64,000 nt of DNA from positions 610 through 64,609 of the IMG/VR virus record IMGVR_UViG_3300034107_000262. One strand, written 5' to 3'. Positions 35,619 through 45,176 of this stretch are shown here, piece after piece. Within the stretch, counting starts at the first letter, position 1. Each line of letters begins with the position of its first letter. The notes under the pieces were generated by a model that was not told the DNA's origin, ran no database searches, and saw only the letters and a program-made list of their open reading frames with translations. Source of the DNA: a virus. Its lineage: Duplodnaviria > Caudoviricetes. The translations under genes were made by a program, and so were the position numbers.

Positions 35619-38050
35619 CCTCTACAACATCAGGTAATTTCAATGCGACTACAACATGGGTTGGTGGTGTAGTTCCAGTAGATGGGGATTCTTTCTATAT
35701 TGCAACAGGACATACCGTAATATATAATGTTACTACTCCTGTTACGAATGGATTTAATGATAGCGATATTTATGGTATTCTTCAACATCAGGCATCGGTA
35801 AATACCATATTAAGAATGAATGGTAGATTGCGTGTTAGAACTGCTGGTACATATCATATGCGAGCAGGTGCTAAACTGCAGTTTAAAGGTACTGCGGCAG
35901 AATCGCATATACTATATGTAGTCGGAGAATCAGGTGCTTCATTCATAGCTGAAGGCAGTGATGGAATGCCGGCTACTACTCTTTCAGCTGCTGCCAATGA
36001 GAGGTCTACAAGTTTCACAGTAGTTAGTGCTACTAATTTTGCTGTTGGAGAATGGATATCAGTATTTGATAACGTTACAGCTCAGGCAAACACTGCAGGA
36101 GCAACTTCTCTAAGAGATGAAGGTTTCTGGATTCATGATATTTCAGGAAATACGATATATTTTAGACAATACGTTGGCCCACAGACAACTATAACTAGTG
36201 GATCTGGAACTAGTGTAATCGTTGCAAACTCTAAAGTATTAAGAGTTGGACAGATCATAATTTTTGGTACCGGTGTTAATAGAAATATACTTACCATCAC
36301 TGCTATAAATTATTCAACTCATACACTTACACTTTCTGCTGCTATAACAGGAACGATTGCTGGATTAACGGTCTACGAGACTGGAACTGATAAAATTCAT
36401 TCATCTGGAGAAAAGGTTAGGAAGGTAGCAACAGTAACTACAGTTGCAGCGATTTCTACAGATACTACTATTACAGTAGCAAATGCTAATATGTTTACTG
36501 CAGGTGATGAAGTCTGGGTAGAAGCAAGAAGTGAAGCTGCTAACAATCAGGATAGACAAAAGGATACATATTCCACTTATATGAAAACGGTATCAAGTGT
36601 TGCAGGTAATGTGCTTACGCTAACTGGTACAATAGGATACAATCTTGTAGTTGGAACTCTTATAACAAGACTAACACGAGATGTAGTAGTTGAGCCAGTA
36701 ACTCCAAATACAGACTATTATGGAGTTTATTTTGAAGCATACAATGCAACATATAATCGTAAACTTATAGTAAAAGATATATATTTTAGATATAATGGAA
36801 GTTCTGCAGGTCAAGCTGAAGGTGGTGTATGGTTTGCCAATGATGGATATTCTAGTACTAACTCTCCTGCAGTTACCCTAACGCAACAGGTGCCTGCTTG
36901 GTCACAACAACCTTGGATTGAAGGTGTAACGCTACTTGGTAGTAACTCATCACGCGATCTTGGAGGTCTTTGGTTACATGGAAGATACTATCAGGCAAGG
37001 TGTTGTACAGTAATTGGAAAATATGATAGTTCTATAACGCTATGGTATGAGAGTGGAGTTTGTGCATATAATTGCATAACATCTGGAGGTACTTGGGGTT
37101 ACAGATGCGAAGGCAATGGCGAGTGGTCAGAACTTGCATACTGCTATTCTTCTAGACATTACTATGCCTTAAGACTTACTCTATATGATGGCGGTTGTGG
37201 TGTACATCATATTATTATTGATGCTATGGATAACCCTCCTTCTTTATTCTCTATGGCTGCAATTCCATTGTATAAAATAAATATGACTGGTGGAACTTAC
37301 GGACTTGCGGTAGATAGAGGTACTGTGATATTTCTATACTCGAAGTATGCAGTATGCAGTGGTTTTAACAAAATAACTGATAATCCCCCAGGAACATATC
37401 AAAGAGGCTTTTATCACTCACAGATAGATCGTGGAAATGCAGGTACTCAAGTTGTAACTATACTTGAAGAGAATTATGAATATGATCGAGTAAGACAGTT
37501 TAGTTATGGCACTGAACGCTATTGGGATGCTGCAGAAAATGCATGGCGCGTAGTAAATGCCACCGACTTTTCAGATTATGGGAATGGATGGTTTACATCG
37601 GTATATGTACCTCCAAACGTAACACTACGAGTTGCATGCGCAGTTAAGCTAGCAGTAGGATTCTCCGGAACGTATCCTAGACTTGAGGCAAGATCAGTAC
37701 AATCAGCAATTGGTCCAAATCAACTTGGAAATGCTGGAGGAAGTTGGAGTAGTGCACTAAGTGGCGGATATTCTGCTGTTGATTATACAATTACAGCTGC
37801 AAGTGCATATGAAAATGCTCAATTAACTATTGCGGCTAAACCATTTCCAAGGTATATTCAAGTAGGAGTTCACTGCTCTAGTTCAACAAGTTCAGAAGGC
37901 TGGTGGATGAAATCAATTGACACATATCTAGATACTCCTTACCCAAATAAAGCATTTGAAGTAATAAATAGAGATAGTGGATCTGGGAATTTAGCTATTG
38001 AAAATAGTTTTATTCAAAATAAAGTAAGAATCGGCGGGAGATTAATGTAA
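35606..38050 (+). CDS. virion-associated protein with G8-like N-terminus and probable beta-helix (spike/depolymerase-like)
   Basis: ITS..SGNF...TW.GGVVP..GD...I..GHTV start; repeated beta-barrel units; Tyr/Cys-rich beta-helix-like region. Confidence 0.5.
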   Translation: MATITSTTSGNFNATTTWVGGVVPVDGDSFYIATGHTVIYNVTTPVTNGFNDSDIYGILQHQASVNTILRMNGRLRVRTAGTYHMRAGAKLQFKGTAAESHILYVVGESGASFIAEGSDGMPATTLSAAANERSTSFTVVSATNFAVGEWISVFDNVTAQANTAGATSLRDEGFWIHDISGNTIYFRQYVGPQTTITSGSGTSVIVANSKVLRVGQIIIFGTGVNRNILTITAINYSTHTLTLSAAITGTIAGLTVYETGTDKIHSSGEKVRKVATVTTVAAISTDTTITVANANMFTAGDEVWVEARSEAANNQDRQKDTYSTYMKTVSSVAGNVLTLTGTIGYNLVVGTLITRLTRDVVVEPVTPNTDYYGVYFEAYNATYNRKLIVKDIYFRYNGSSAGQAEGGVWFANDGYSSTNSPAVTLTQQVPAWSQQPWIEGVTLLGSNSSRDLGGLWLHGRYYQARCCTVIGKYDSSITLWYESGVCAYNCITSGGTWGYRCEGNGEWSELAYCYSSRHYYALRLTLYDGGCGVHHIIIDAMDNPPSLFSMAAIPLYKINMTGGTYGLAVDRGTVIFLYSKYAVCSGFNKITDNPPGTYQRGFYHSQIDRGNAGTQVVTILEENYEYDRVRQFSYGTERYWDAAENAWRVVNATDFSDYGNGWFTSVYVPPNVTLRVACAVKLAVGFSGTYPRLEARSVQSAIGPNQLGNAGGSWSSALSGGYSAVDYTITAASAYENAQLTIAAKPFPRYIQVGVHCSSSTSSEGWWMKSIDTYLDTPYPNKAFEVINRDSGSGNLAIENSFIQNKVRIGGRLM

Positions 38051-39783
38051 TGGCAAAAGACATAATTATAACACCTGCTAGTGGACTTATTGATTTCAAA
38101 AATCTTGCTGGTACTACAACAGGTAGCATACAAGTAGATGATACTGGTAATCTTACTATATCAAATTCTGGGGGTACATTAAGTGTAGGCAATACTGCTA
38201 GTAATGTATATCTCGGAGACGGGGTTAATTCAGTTGACTTAATACTAGAACAAAATGGTGCTGTAAGAGGGGCATCTGGAAAAACACTTACACTTGGTAG
38301 TTCTAATAGTTCTGTAACAGTTGCTAGTATTCCTGCTTTTAATGGTGGTGTGAGTGGTACAACAGCTCCATTTAGCGTTAGTAGTACCAATGTTGTAGCA
38401 AACTTAAATGCAAGTCTACTTAGTGGTTATGCAACTACTACTGCTAGTACTGCAAATACTATTCCGCTACGTGACTCTAGTGGTTATTTAGCGAATGGTT
38501 ATTTCTATACTTCAGCCGGCGGTTCAGAAAGAAACGCTTCGGGTATGGGATACTTCGCAGGATTTAACTCTAGCGATTACTATATTAGAAGTTATACTCC
38601 TGCAGCTGTAGCAGCTGCTATATCTGGTCAGACAATGAATATTGCTGGTACTGCTGGCTTTGCCACTAATTTAGTTAATAGTGGGGGTGGGGGCCTATAC
38701 TCTACTGCTTCTGGCACAGCATATAGTACAGCAGTATGTATACGTGAGTTGAATAGTGCAGGTGCTCAGGGTAATATAGCATCAGTAATGCCTAGATTGG
38801 GATTCCATTGGGGTGGTACAGTAGCTTCTCAAATTGGAATAGAAACTACTGGAAGAATTGCTATTCTAAGTAACCCTGGTACAGCATATGAAGCTTTTGT
38901 ATGTGCTGCATTAACTGCATCTACTGGAACATTTTCAGGAGTACTAACTGCATCTAGTTTTACTGGTGCAGGTACAGGATTAACAGGTACAGCAGCATCA
39001 TTAAGTATTGGGGGTACCGCTGCTAGTGCTACTAGTGCTACCAGCGCTACTAGCGCTACTAGCGCAACCACTGCAACTTATTTAAACACAGCATCGTCTT
39101 CGACAGATGTTACTAATATTACAACTAGAGTAAACTCTGGCTTTTATCAGAATGCTACTGCTACTACTGCTAATGGTTGGCCAGTTACTACAAATTCATA
39201 CTATCATTTACTAGCGTCTACTCATAGTAATGGAAGTAACTATTACTCAATGCAGTTAGCTGGAGATTTTTATAGTAATACATTATATTATAGATCTACA
39301 AATGGTTCAGGTACTACTGCGTGGAATAAGATATGGCACGACGGTAATTTCACTGGTGGTGGTTTAACTGTTTCAGACGATACTACAACCAACGCTTCGT
39401 ATTATCCTATTATTGCTACTGCTACTTCTGGAAGTCAGAGTGCTGGTAAAGTATCTAGTACTAAACTATACTTCAATCCAAGCACTGGAACACTAAATGC
39501 AACTATATTTAATTCATTATCTGATATATCTAAAAAGACTAACATAGTTAAAATCAATGATGCTACAGAAACTATAAATAAAATTGTTGGTGTAGAATTC
39601 AATTGGATTGACAATAATACTAAATCAGCAGGTGTTATCGCTCAAGAATTGGAAAAAATCTTACCGCATTTAGTTGCAGAAACAGACGGTATCAAGAGTG
39701 TTAGCTATTCGGGCTTAATTGCTTATCTAATTGAATCTAATAAAGAACTACATGCAAGAATATGTATTTTGGAGAGTAAATAA
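38050..39783 (+). CDS. tail fibre with knob domain and C-terminal S74 chaperone
   Basis: V.NLNA.LL.G, SAT repeats, SGFY...GWP...Y.MQLA..F...LYYRS...W.KIWH, SD..KKTNI, GVIAQELEKILP. Confidence 0.8.
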   Translation: MAKDIIITPASGLIDFKNLAGTTTGSIQVDDTGNLTISNSGGTLSVGNTASNVYLGDGVNSVDLILEQNGAVRGASGKTLTLGSSNSSVTVASIPAFNGGVSGTTAPFSVSSTNVVANLNASLLSGYATTTASTANTIPLRDSSGYLANGYFYTSAGGSERNASGMGYFAGFNSSDYYIRSYTPAAVAAAISGQTMNIAGTAGFATNLVNSGGGGLYSTASGTAYSTAVCIRELNSAGAQGNIASVMPRLGFHWGGTVASQIGIETTGRIAILSNPGTAYEAFVCAALTASTGTFSGVLTASSFTGAGTGLTGTAASLSIGGTAASATSATSATSATSATTATYLNTASSSTDVTNITTRVNSGFYQNATATTANGWPVTTNSYYHLLASTHSNGSNYYSMQLAGDFYSNTLYYRSTNGSGTTAWNKIWHDGNFTGGGLTVSDDTTTNASYYPIIATATSGSQSAGKVSSTKLYFNPSTGTLNATIFNSLSDISKKTNIVKINDATETINKIVGVEFNWIDNNTKSAGVIAQELEKILPHLVAETDGIKSVSYSGLIAYLIESNKELHARICILESK

Positions 39784-40943
39784 TGCCAAGTAATTTCTTT
39801 ACTGATGATCCTATATTAGGATCTATTGATCTTGATAATAAGTACGTTACTGATGCTTGGTTGGTTGATCAGTTTGTTGGTAATGGTTTGTGGCTATGGG
39901 GGAAGAATAACTATGGTCAACTAGGTCTTGGTAACATAGTCGATCGTTCTAGTCCAGTTCAAGTCGGATCATTAACTAATTGGAAACTAGTTGCTGGTAA
40001 ACTTAATCACAGTGTAGGAATCAAGACTGACGGCACGCTATGGTCATGGGGGAGCGGGAGTCTGGGTCAACTAGGTCTTGGTGACCAAACCAGGCGATCT
40101 AGTCCAGTTCAAGTCGGTGCACTAACTAATTGGAAACAAGTTTCTGGTGGAAACAGTTGCACTACGGCAATCAAGACTGATGGTACTTTCTGGTCATGGG
40201 GATGGAATAGCAATGGTCAACTAGGTCTTGGTGACCGAATCAGTCGATCTAGTCCAGTTCAAGTCGGTGCACTAACTGACTGGAAACTAGTTGCTGGCGG
40301 AGCCTATCACACCACTGCAATCAAAACCGACGGTACGCTATGGTCATGTGGGCAGAATAGCAATGGTCAACTAGGTCTTGGTGTTGTAACCAGATATTCT
40401 AGTCCAGTTCAAGTCGGTGCACTAACTGACTGGAAACTAGTTGTTAGCGGAGGCAATCACACAACTGCAATCAAGACCGACGGTACTCTATGGTCATGGG
40501 GGCAGAATAGTAATGGTCAACTAGGTCTTGGTGATCGAGTCAATCGTTCCAGTCCAGTTCAAGTCGGATCATTAACTAACTGGAAACTAGTTGCTGGAGG
40601 ACTCTATCACAATGTAGGAATCAAGACTGACGGTACTCTATGGCTATGGGGACGTAATACCTACGGTGCTCTAGGTCTTGGTAACACAACCGATCGTTCC
40701 AGTCCAGTTCAAGTCGGATCATTAACTAACTGGAAACAAGTTGCTGGTGCACCTTTTTCTACCACTGCAATCAAAACAGACGGCACTCTATGGTCATGGG
40801 GATACAATAACTTTGGTAAACTAGGCCTTGGTGATGTAGCCAATCGATCTAGTCCAGTTCAAGTAGGTACACTAACTAACTGGAAATTAGTTGCTGGCGG
40901 ATACTATCACACAGCGGCTATAACCTTCAATGATATAACATAA
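39783..40943 (+). CDS. RCC1-repeat 7-bladed beta-propeller protein 1
   Basis: Seven 50-aa units IKTDGTLWSWG.N..GQLGLG....RSSPVQVG.LTNWK.V..G..H. Confidence 0.9.
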   Translation: MPSNFFTDDPILGSIDLDNKYVTDAWLVDQFVGNGLWLWGKNNYGQLGLGNIVDRSSPVQVGSLTNWKLVAGKLNHSVGIKTDGTLWSWGSGSLGQLGLGDQTRRSSPVQVGALTNWKQVSGGNSCTTAIKTDGTFWSWGWNSNGQLGLGDRISRSSPVQVGALTDWKLVAGGAYHTTAIKTDGTLWSCGQNSNGQLGLGVVTRYSSPVQVGALTDWKLVVSGGNHTTAIKTDGTLWSWGQNSNGQLGLGDRVNRSSPVQVGSLTNWKLVAGGLYHNVGIKTDGTLWLWGRNTYGALGLGNTTDRSSPVQVGSLTNWKQVAGAPFSTTAIKTDGTLWSWGYNNFGKLGLGDVANRSSPVQVGTLTNWKLVAGGYYHTAAITFNDIT

Positions 40944-40954
40944 GAGAATAAAAA

Positions 40955-41602
40955 ATGCAATACTTACTAGTAGAAAATAAAGAAACTATTCATCTTGGTC
41001 CATTGTTTTGGAGATATCGTTTTATTCAATCGGAACTAGATGATCTTGAGGTAGAATATGCGGTCTCACCAGTTGAACCAAATGCCTATCTAAAAATAAC
41101 TGACTCATTAGAAATATTTCCAATTGAGTCTATCACTGAACCATCTTATGATAGTACATATGAACAGTTAGTTGGACCTCTTTGGGCTTTCACTGATGTA
41201 GCAATTGGAACATACACAGTTACTTCCAGAGAATTGAGCGTTGTAAAATCTGTTTTAAAAGGTTTGGCTGCTGCTGAACGCTACAAAAAAGAAGTTGCTG
41301 GTGTTAGTGTGACTATTCAAGGTCAAGAAGTAGTAGTTGATACATCTCGTGATGGTCGTAATATCTTTGTTCAAAAGTATCAGATGATGACTGATACAGA
41401 TGTTGTACAATGGAAGTTTCCAACAACTTGGTTGACACTATCAAAAACTGATCTAGGACTTGCTGTAACTGCTGGTGCTGCATACGTTGAAGCTCAATTT
41501 GTCTGGGAACAGAGTATCGTTAATCAGATTGAAGCCGCTGTGACAGTAGACGAATTAAAAGCAATTGTCATTGTTGAGCCAGTCGCACCACTAGGAGTTT
41601 AA
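40955..41602 (+). CDS. DUF4376-like fibre-associated/chaperone protein
   Basis: AAERYKKEVAGV...DTSRDGR...VQWK...W..L...V.AQF.WE......I.AA.T.DELKAI. Confidence 0.65.
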   Translation: MQYLLVENKETIHLGPLFWRYRFIQSELDDLEVEYAVSPVEPNAYLKITDSLEIFPIESITEPSYDSTYEQLVGPLWAFTDVAIGTYTVTSRELSVVKSVLKGLAAAERYKKEVAGVSVTIQGQEVVVDTSRDGRNIFVQKYQMMTDTDVVQWKFPTTWLTLSKTDLGLAVTAGAAYVEAQFVWEQSIVNQIEAAVTVDELKAIVIVEPVAPLGV

Positions 41603-41604
41603 TC

Positions 41605-42801
41605 ATGGCAGTAACTGGACCAAAAACTGGGTTTACTGCTGTTGATCCTAATACTGGAGTACGCCAAGATTTAGGAAATAAATACACTAGTAAAGATTAC
41701 TTCTTAGATGTGTATCCGAATTTAGTACCAGGTAGGACGAGTCCTGGTTTATGGTCATGGGGCCGGAATACCGATGGTCAACTAGGTCTTGGTGACGTAA
41801 CCCATCGTTCTAGTCCAGTTCAAGTCGGTGCATTAACTAACTGGGCTCTAGTTTGTAGCGGGTACTATTATACAGTTACAATCAAGACAGATGGCACTTT
41901 ATGGTCGTGGGGACTTAATGATTTTGGTCAACTAGGTCTTGGTGACATAACCTTTAGAAACAGTCCAGTTCAAGTAGGTACACTAACTAACTGGAAACAA
42001 GTTGCTGGTGGTTATTATCACACTGCAGCAGTCAAGAATGATGGCACTTTATGGTTATGGGGGCGGAATAACTATGGTCAACTAGGTCTTGGTGACATAA
42101 CCTTTAGAAACAGTCCAGTTCAAGTCGGAGCATTAACTAACTGGAAACTAGTTGCTGGTGGAAAATATCACACTGCAGCAATCAATATTGACGGTACTCT
42201 ATGGTCATGGGGATATAATAACGCTGGTCAACTAGGTCTTGGTGACATAACCAATCGTTCTAGTCCAGTGCAAATCGGTACACTAACTAATTGGAAACTA
42301 GTTGCTGGTGGAAGCAATCACACAACTGCAATCAAGACCGACGGTACTCTATGGTCATGGGGACTTAATACCAACGGTCAACTAGGTCTTGGTGACCGAG
42401 TTCGTCGTTCCAGTCCAGTTCAAGTAGGTTCACTAACTAATTGGAAGGAAGTTGATTGTGGATGGTATCACAGTGTAGGAATCAAGACCGATGGTACTCT
42501 ATGGTCATGTGGATTTAATAACGCTGGTCAACTAGGTCTTGGTGACATAACCTATCGTTCCAGCCCAGTTCAAGTTGGTGCTTTAACCAGTTGGAAACAA
42601 GTTTCTGGTGGAAGTGCACATATTGCAGCAATAAAGACTGACGGTACTCTATGGTCATGGGGATGGAATAATTATGGTCAACTAGGTCTTGGTAATACAA
42701 CCGATCGTTCTAGTCCAGTTCAAGTAGGTACACTAACTAATTGGAAGCAAGTTGATTGTGGAGCCCTTCACAATGCAGCAATTTCAGATGGATACTTATG
42801 A
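41605..42801 (+). CDS. RCC1-repeat 7-bladed beta-propeller protein 2
   Basis: Seven RCC1 units after a unique N-terminal arm. Confidence 0.9.
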   Translation: MAVTGPKTGFTAVDPNTGVRQDLGNKYTSKDYFLDVYPNLVPGRTSPGLWSWGRNTDGQLGLGDVTHRSSPVQVGALTNWALVCSGYYYTVTIKTDGTLWSWGLNDFGQLGLGDITFRNSPVQVGTLTNWKQVAGGYYHTAAVKNDGTLWLWGRNNYGQLGLGDITFRNSPVQVGALTNWKLVAGGKYHTAAINIDGTLWSWGYNNAGQLGLGDITNRSSPVQIGTLTNWKLVAGGSNHTTAIKTDGTLWSWGLNTNGQLGLGDRVRRSSPVQVGSLTNWKEVDCGWYHSVGIKTDGTLWSCGFNNAGQLGLGDITYRSSPVQVGALTSWKQVSGGSAHIAAIKTDGTLWSWGWNNYGQLGLGNTTDRSSPVQVGTLTNWKQVDCGALHNAAISDGYL

Positions 42802-43298
42802 AACAATTTATGAAATGTCAACAGTTCTATCAAGACATAGATCAACTGCAAAATTTGATATCCTCTCTTGAATTTGAAGACCATTCGCTTGGCAAAGAAA
42901 TCCTAAACTTCTATTATATTCCAGAAGGTCTTCAGGATTTTCTGAAACAAGTTGTGCAAGAAGATATTGAGATTCAACCCGATACAGGAACATTCCGTAA
43001 ACCATCTAATTTAATACACGTAGACAATTTTTACCAACATGCTCTTTGGACTTGTGTTGTTGCACTAGAAGATACTAAAGTAAACATCTGTGCTCATAAA
43101 GATGCAAATACATTCTTTGATGTTAAAGATAGCCCAGATTTTTTTAAAGAATGTACTATGCTAGAAAACTGGACAATAGATACAAGTATCACTCTAAAGA
43201 AGAATGAGTTTGTTTTAATTCGTCCGTGGCTTTGGAAATCATTAGAACAAGATAAAATGGTTCAGACATTTTTGCTGAATACAAACTTAGGACAATAA
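42798..43298 (+). CDS. 2OG-Fe(II) oxygenase-like (DUF6445-like) protein
   Basis: ATGA coupling at 42798; FY.D.D, FR...IHVD..W.CVV.L, QTF.L. Confidence 0.45.
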   Translation: MKQFMKCQQFYQDIDQLQNLISSLEFEDHSLGKEILNFYYIPEGLQDFLKQVVQEDIEIQPDTGTFRKPSNLIHVDNFYQHALWTCVVALEDTKVNICAHKDANTFFDVKDSPDFFKECTMLENWTIDTSITLKKNEFVLIRPWLWKSLEQDKMVQTFLLNTNLGQ

Positions 43299-43299
43299 T

Positions 43300-44469
43300 A
43301 TGGCATCAGGATATAAATTTCCAATTTTAGATAGTGCTGGAGTAGCAACTAGCACAGTTGTTGATTTTGATGATATGTTTGTGCCACAAGAGTTATTTCT
43401 GAATAGTGGGTTGTGGTCGTGGGGGTATAATGTATATTCTCAACTAGGTCTTGGTGACACGACCAATCGTTCTAGTCCAGTTCAACTAGGATCATTAACT
43501 AACTGGAAACAAGTTGCTTGTGGAGGCTATCACACTATAGCAATAAAGACTGATGGCACTCTTTGGTCATGGGGGTATAATTTTATTGGTCAACTAGGTC
43601 TTGGTAATACAACCGATCGTTCTAGTCCAGTTCAAGTCGGATCATTAACTAACTGGAAACAAGTTACTGGTGGAATTATTCACAGTGTAGGAATTAAAAC
43701 CGACGGCACTCTCTGGTCATGGGGCTTAAATACTAAAGGTCAACTAGGTCTTGGTGACGTAACCCATCGTTCTAGTCCAGTTCAAGTCGGAGCACTAACT
43801 AACTGGAAACAAATTGCGGCGGCGCAGTGGCACACCACTGCAATCAAAACCGACGGCACTCTCTGGTCATGGGGGCAGAATAACTTTGGTCAACTAGGTC
43901 TTGGTAATACAACCGATCGTTCTAGTCCAGTTCAAGTCGGAGCACTAACTGACTGGAAACAAGTTGCTTGTGGAGTCGATTTCACTGCAGCAATTAAGAC
44001 TGATGGCACTCTTTGGTCATGGGGGTATAATGTATATTCTCAACTAGGTCTTGGTAACGTAGCCAATCGTTCTAGTCCAGTTCAAGTCGGATCACTAACT
44101 AACTGGAAACAAGTTTCTGGTGGAAATTATCACACCTCTGCAATAAAGACTGACGGTACTCTATGGTCATGGGGGTTTAATATCAACGGTGGTCTAGGCC
44201 TTGGTGACGTAACCACTCGTTCTAGTCCAGTTCAAGTCGGATCGTTAACTAACTGGAAACAAGTTGCTGGTGGAGGTTATCACACCATTGCGACCAAAAC
44301 CGACGGTACTCTCTGGTCATATGGAGCTAATGGTTATGGGGGTCTAGGCCTTGGTGACACAACCAATCGTTCTAGCCCAGTTCAAGTAGGCACACTAACT
44401 AACTGGAAATTAGTTGCTTCGGGAGTCTATCACTCCGTTGGAATTCAAGCTCCAGATTTACCGATATAA
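43300..44469 (+). CDS. RCC1-repeat 7-bladed beta-propeller protein 3
   Basis: Seven RCC1 units after a unique N-terminal arm. Confidence 0.9.
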   Translation: MASGYKFPILDSAGVATSTVVDFDDMFVPQELFLNSGLWSWGYNVYSQLGLGDTTNRSSPVQLGSLTNWKQVACGGYHTIAIKTDGTLWSWGYNFIGQLGLGNTTDRSSPVQVGSLTNWKQVTGGIIHSVGIKTDGTLWSWGLNTKGQLGLGDVTHRSSPVQVGALTNWKQIAAAQWHTTAIKTDGTLWSWGQNNFGQLGLGNTTDRSSPVQVGALTDWKQVACGVDFTAAIKTDGTLWSWGYNVYSQLGLGNVANRSSPVQVGSLTNWKQVSGGNYHTSAIKTDGTLWSWGFNINGGLGLGDVTTRSSPVQVGSLTNWKQVAGGGYHTIATKTDGTLWSYGANGYGGLGLGDTTNRSSPVQVGTLTNWKLVASGVYHSVGIQAPDLPI

Positions 44470-44503
44470 ATATATATTATATCAAGGATAGTGAAAATTA
44501 TTC

Positions 44504-44533
44504 TTGATTTTTAATACTATTATACAGTATAAT
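44504..44533 (+). promoter_or_regulatory. putative promoter of the modification-enzyme cluster
   Basis: TTGATT, 18 bp, TATAAT in an AT-rich gap. Confidence 0.5.
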
Positions 44534-44594
44534 AGTGTTTTAATAAAGGAGAAATTGCAAGCTGTCCTCTACAGTAGGATTTTGTAAAATAATT

Positions 44595-45176
44595 ATGAAA
44601 TTAAACATTGGATCTGGTTATAAACGTTACGAAGACTTCTTAAATATTGATGACGATCCTTTAGTCTGCCCCGACTATATTGTTAATCTAGAAGAATCTA
44701 AACTTCCATTTGATGATAACTCTATCGAAGAAATTCGAGCTCATCATATTCTTGAGCATATCAAGAATTTCATTCCTCTTATGCAGGAATTTTATCGAGT
44801 CTGCAAACACGGGGCAGTTATTGATATAGTTGCACCTCACCATAATCATGAAGTATACTACGGTGACCCAACTCATGTTAGACCAATTACGGTCAATGGC
44901 ATGTATCTCTTTAGTAAGAAGCATTGTTCTACCCATAAAGAGCAACATGATTCTAGCTCAGGATTAGCATTCAAATATAAAATAGATTTTGAAGTAATTT
45001 CTTATGATTTTGATTACGATATATTCTATGTTCCATTGGTCACACAATTTAATCAAAGAAAAGACAAAGGCGAAGTATCCCAAGAGGAAGACTTCGCCTT
45101 TCAACGTCTTATGCGTGAAGCAAATAACGTTGCAATCAATACCAAGATCAAATTAATGGTCATCAAAGATGAGTAG
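44595..45176 (+). CDS. class I SAM-dependent methyltransferase
   Basis: KLNIGSG, LPFDDNSIEEI.AHHILEH, EFYRVCK.G, DPTH. Confidence 0.85.
   Translation: MKLNIGSGYKRYEDFLNIDDDPLVCPDYIVNLEESKLPFDDNSIEEIRAHHILEHIKNFIPLMQEFYRVCKHGAVIDIVAPHHNHEVYYGDPTHVRPITVNGMYLFSKKHCSTHKEQHDSSSGLAFKYKIDFEVISYDFDYDIFYVPLVTQFNQRKDKGEVSQEEDFAFQRLMREANNVAINTKIKLMVIKDE

Larger units (their letters stand above)
39891..44440 (+). repeat. 21 copies of a 150-nt RCC1 unit across three genes
   Basis: ctagg(t/c)cttggt recurs with an exact 150-nt period from 39921, about 41782 and about 43444 (7 copies each). Confidence 0.9.

Noticed and set aside
39891-44440. 150-nt repeats as a CRISPR array
   Set aside because: They are in-frame coding RCC1 blades with no repeat-spacer structure
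39783-44469. Classical diversity-generating retroelement
   Set aside because: No reverse transcriptase or non-coding template repeat in the window; a conserved wobble A and variation at non-A sites do not fit adenine-specific mutagenesis. An RT elsewhere in the genome cannot be excluded.
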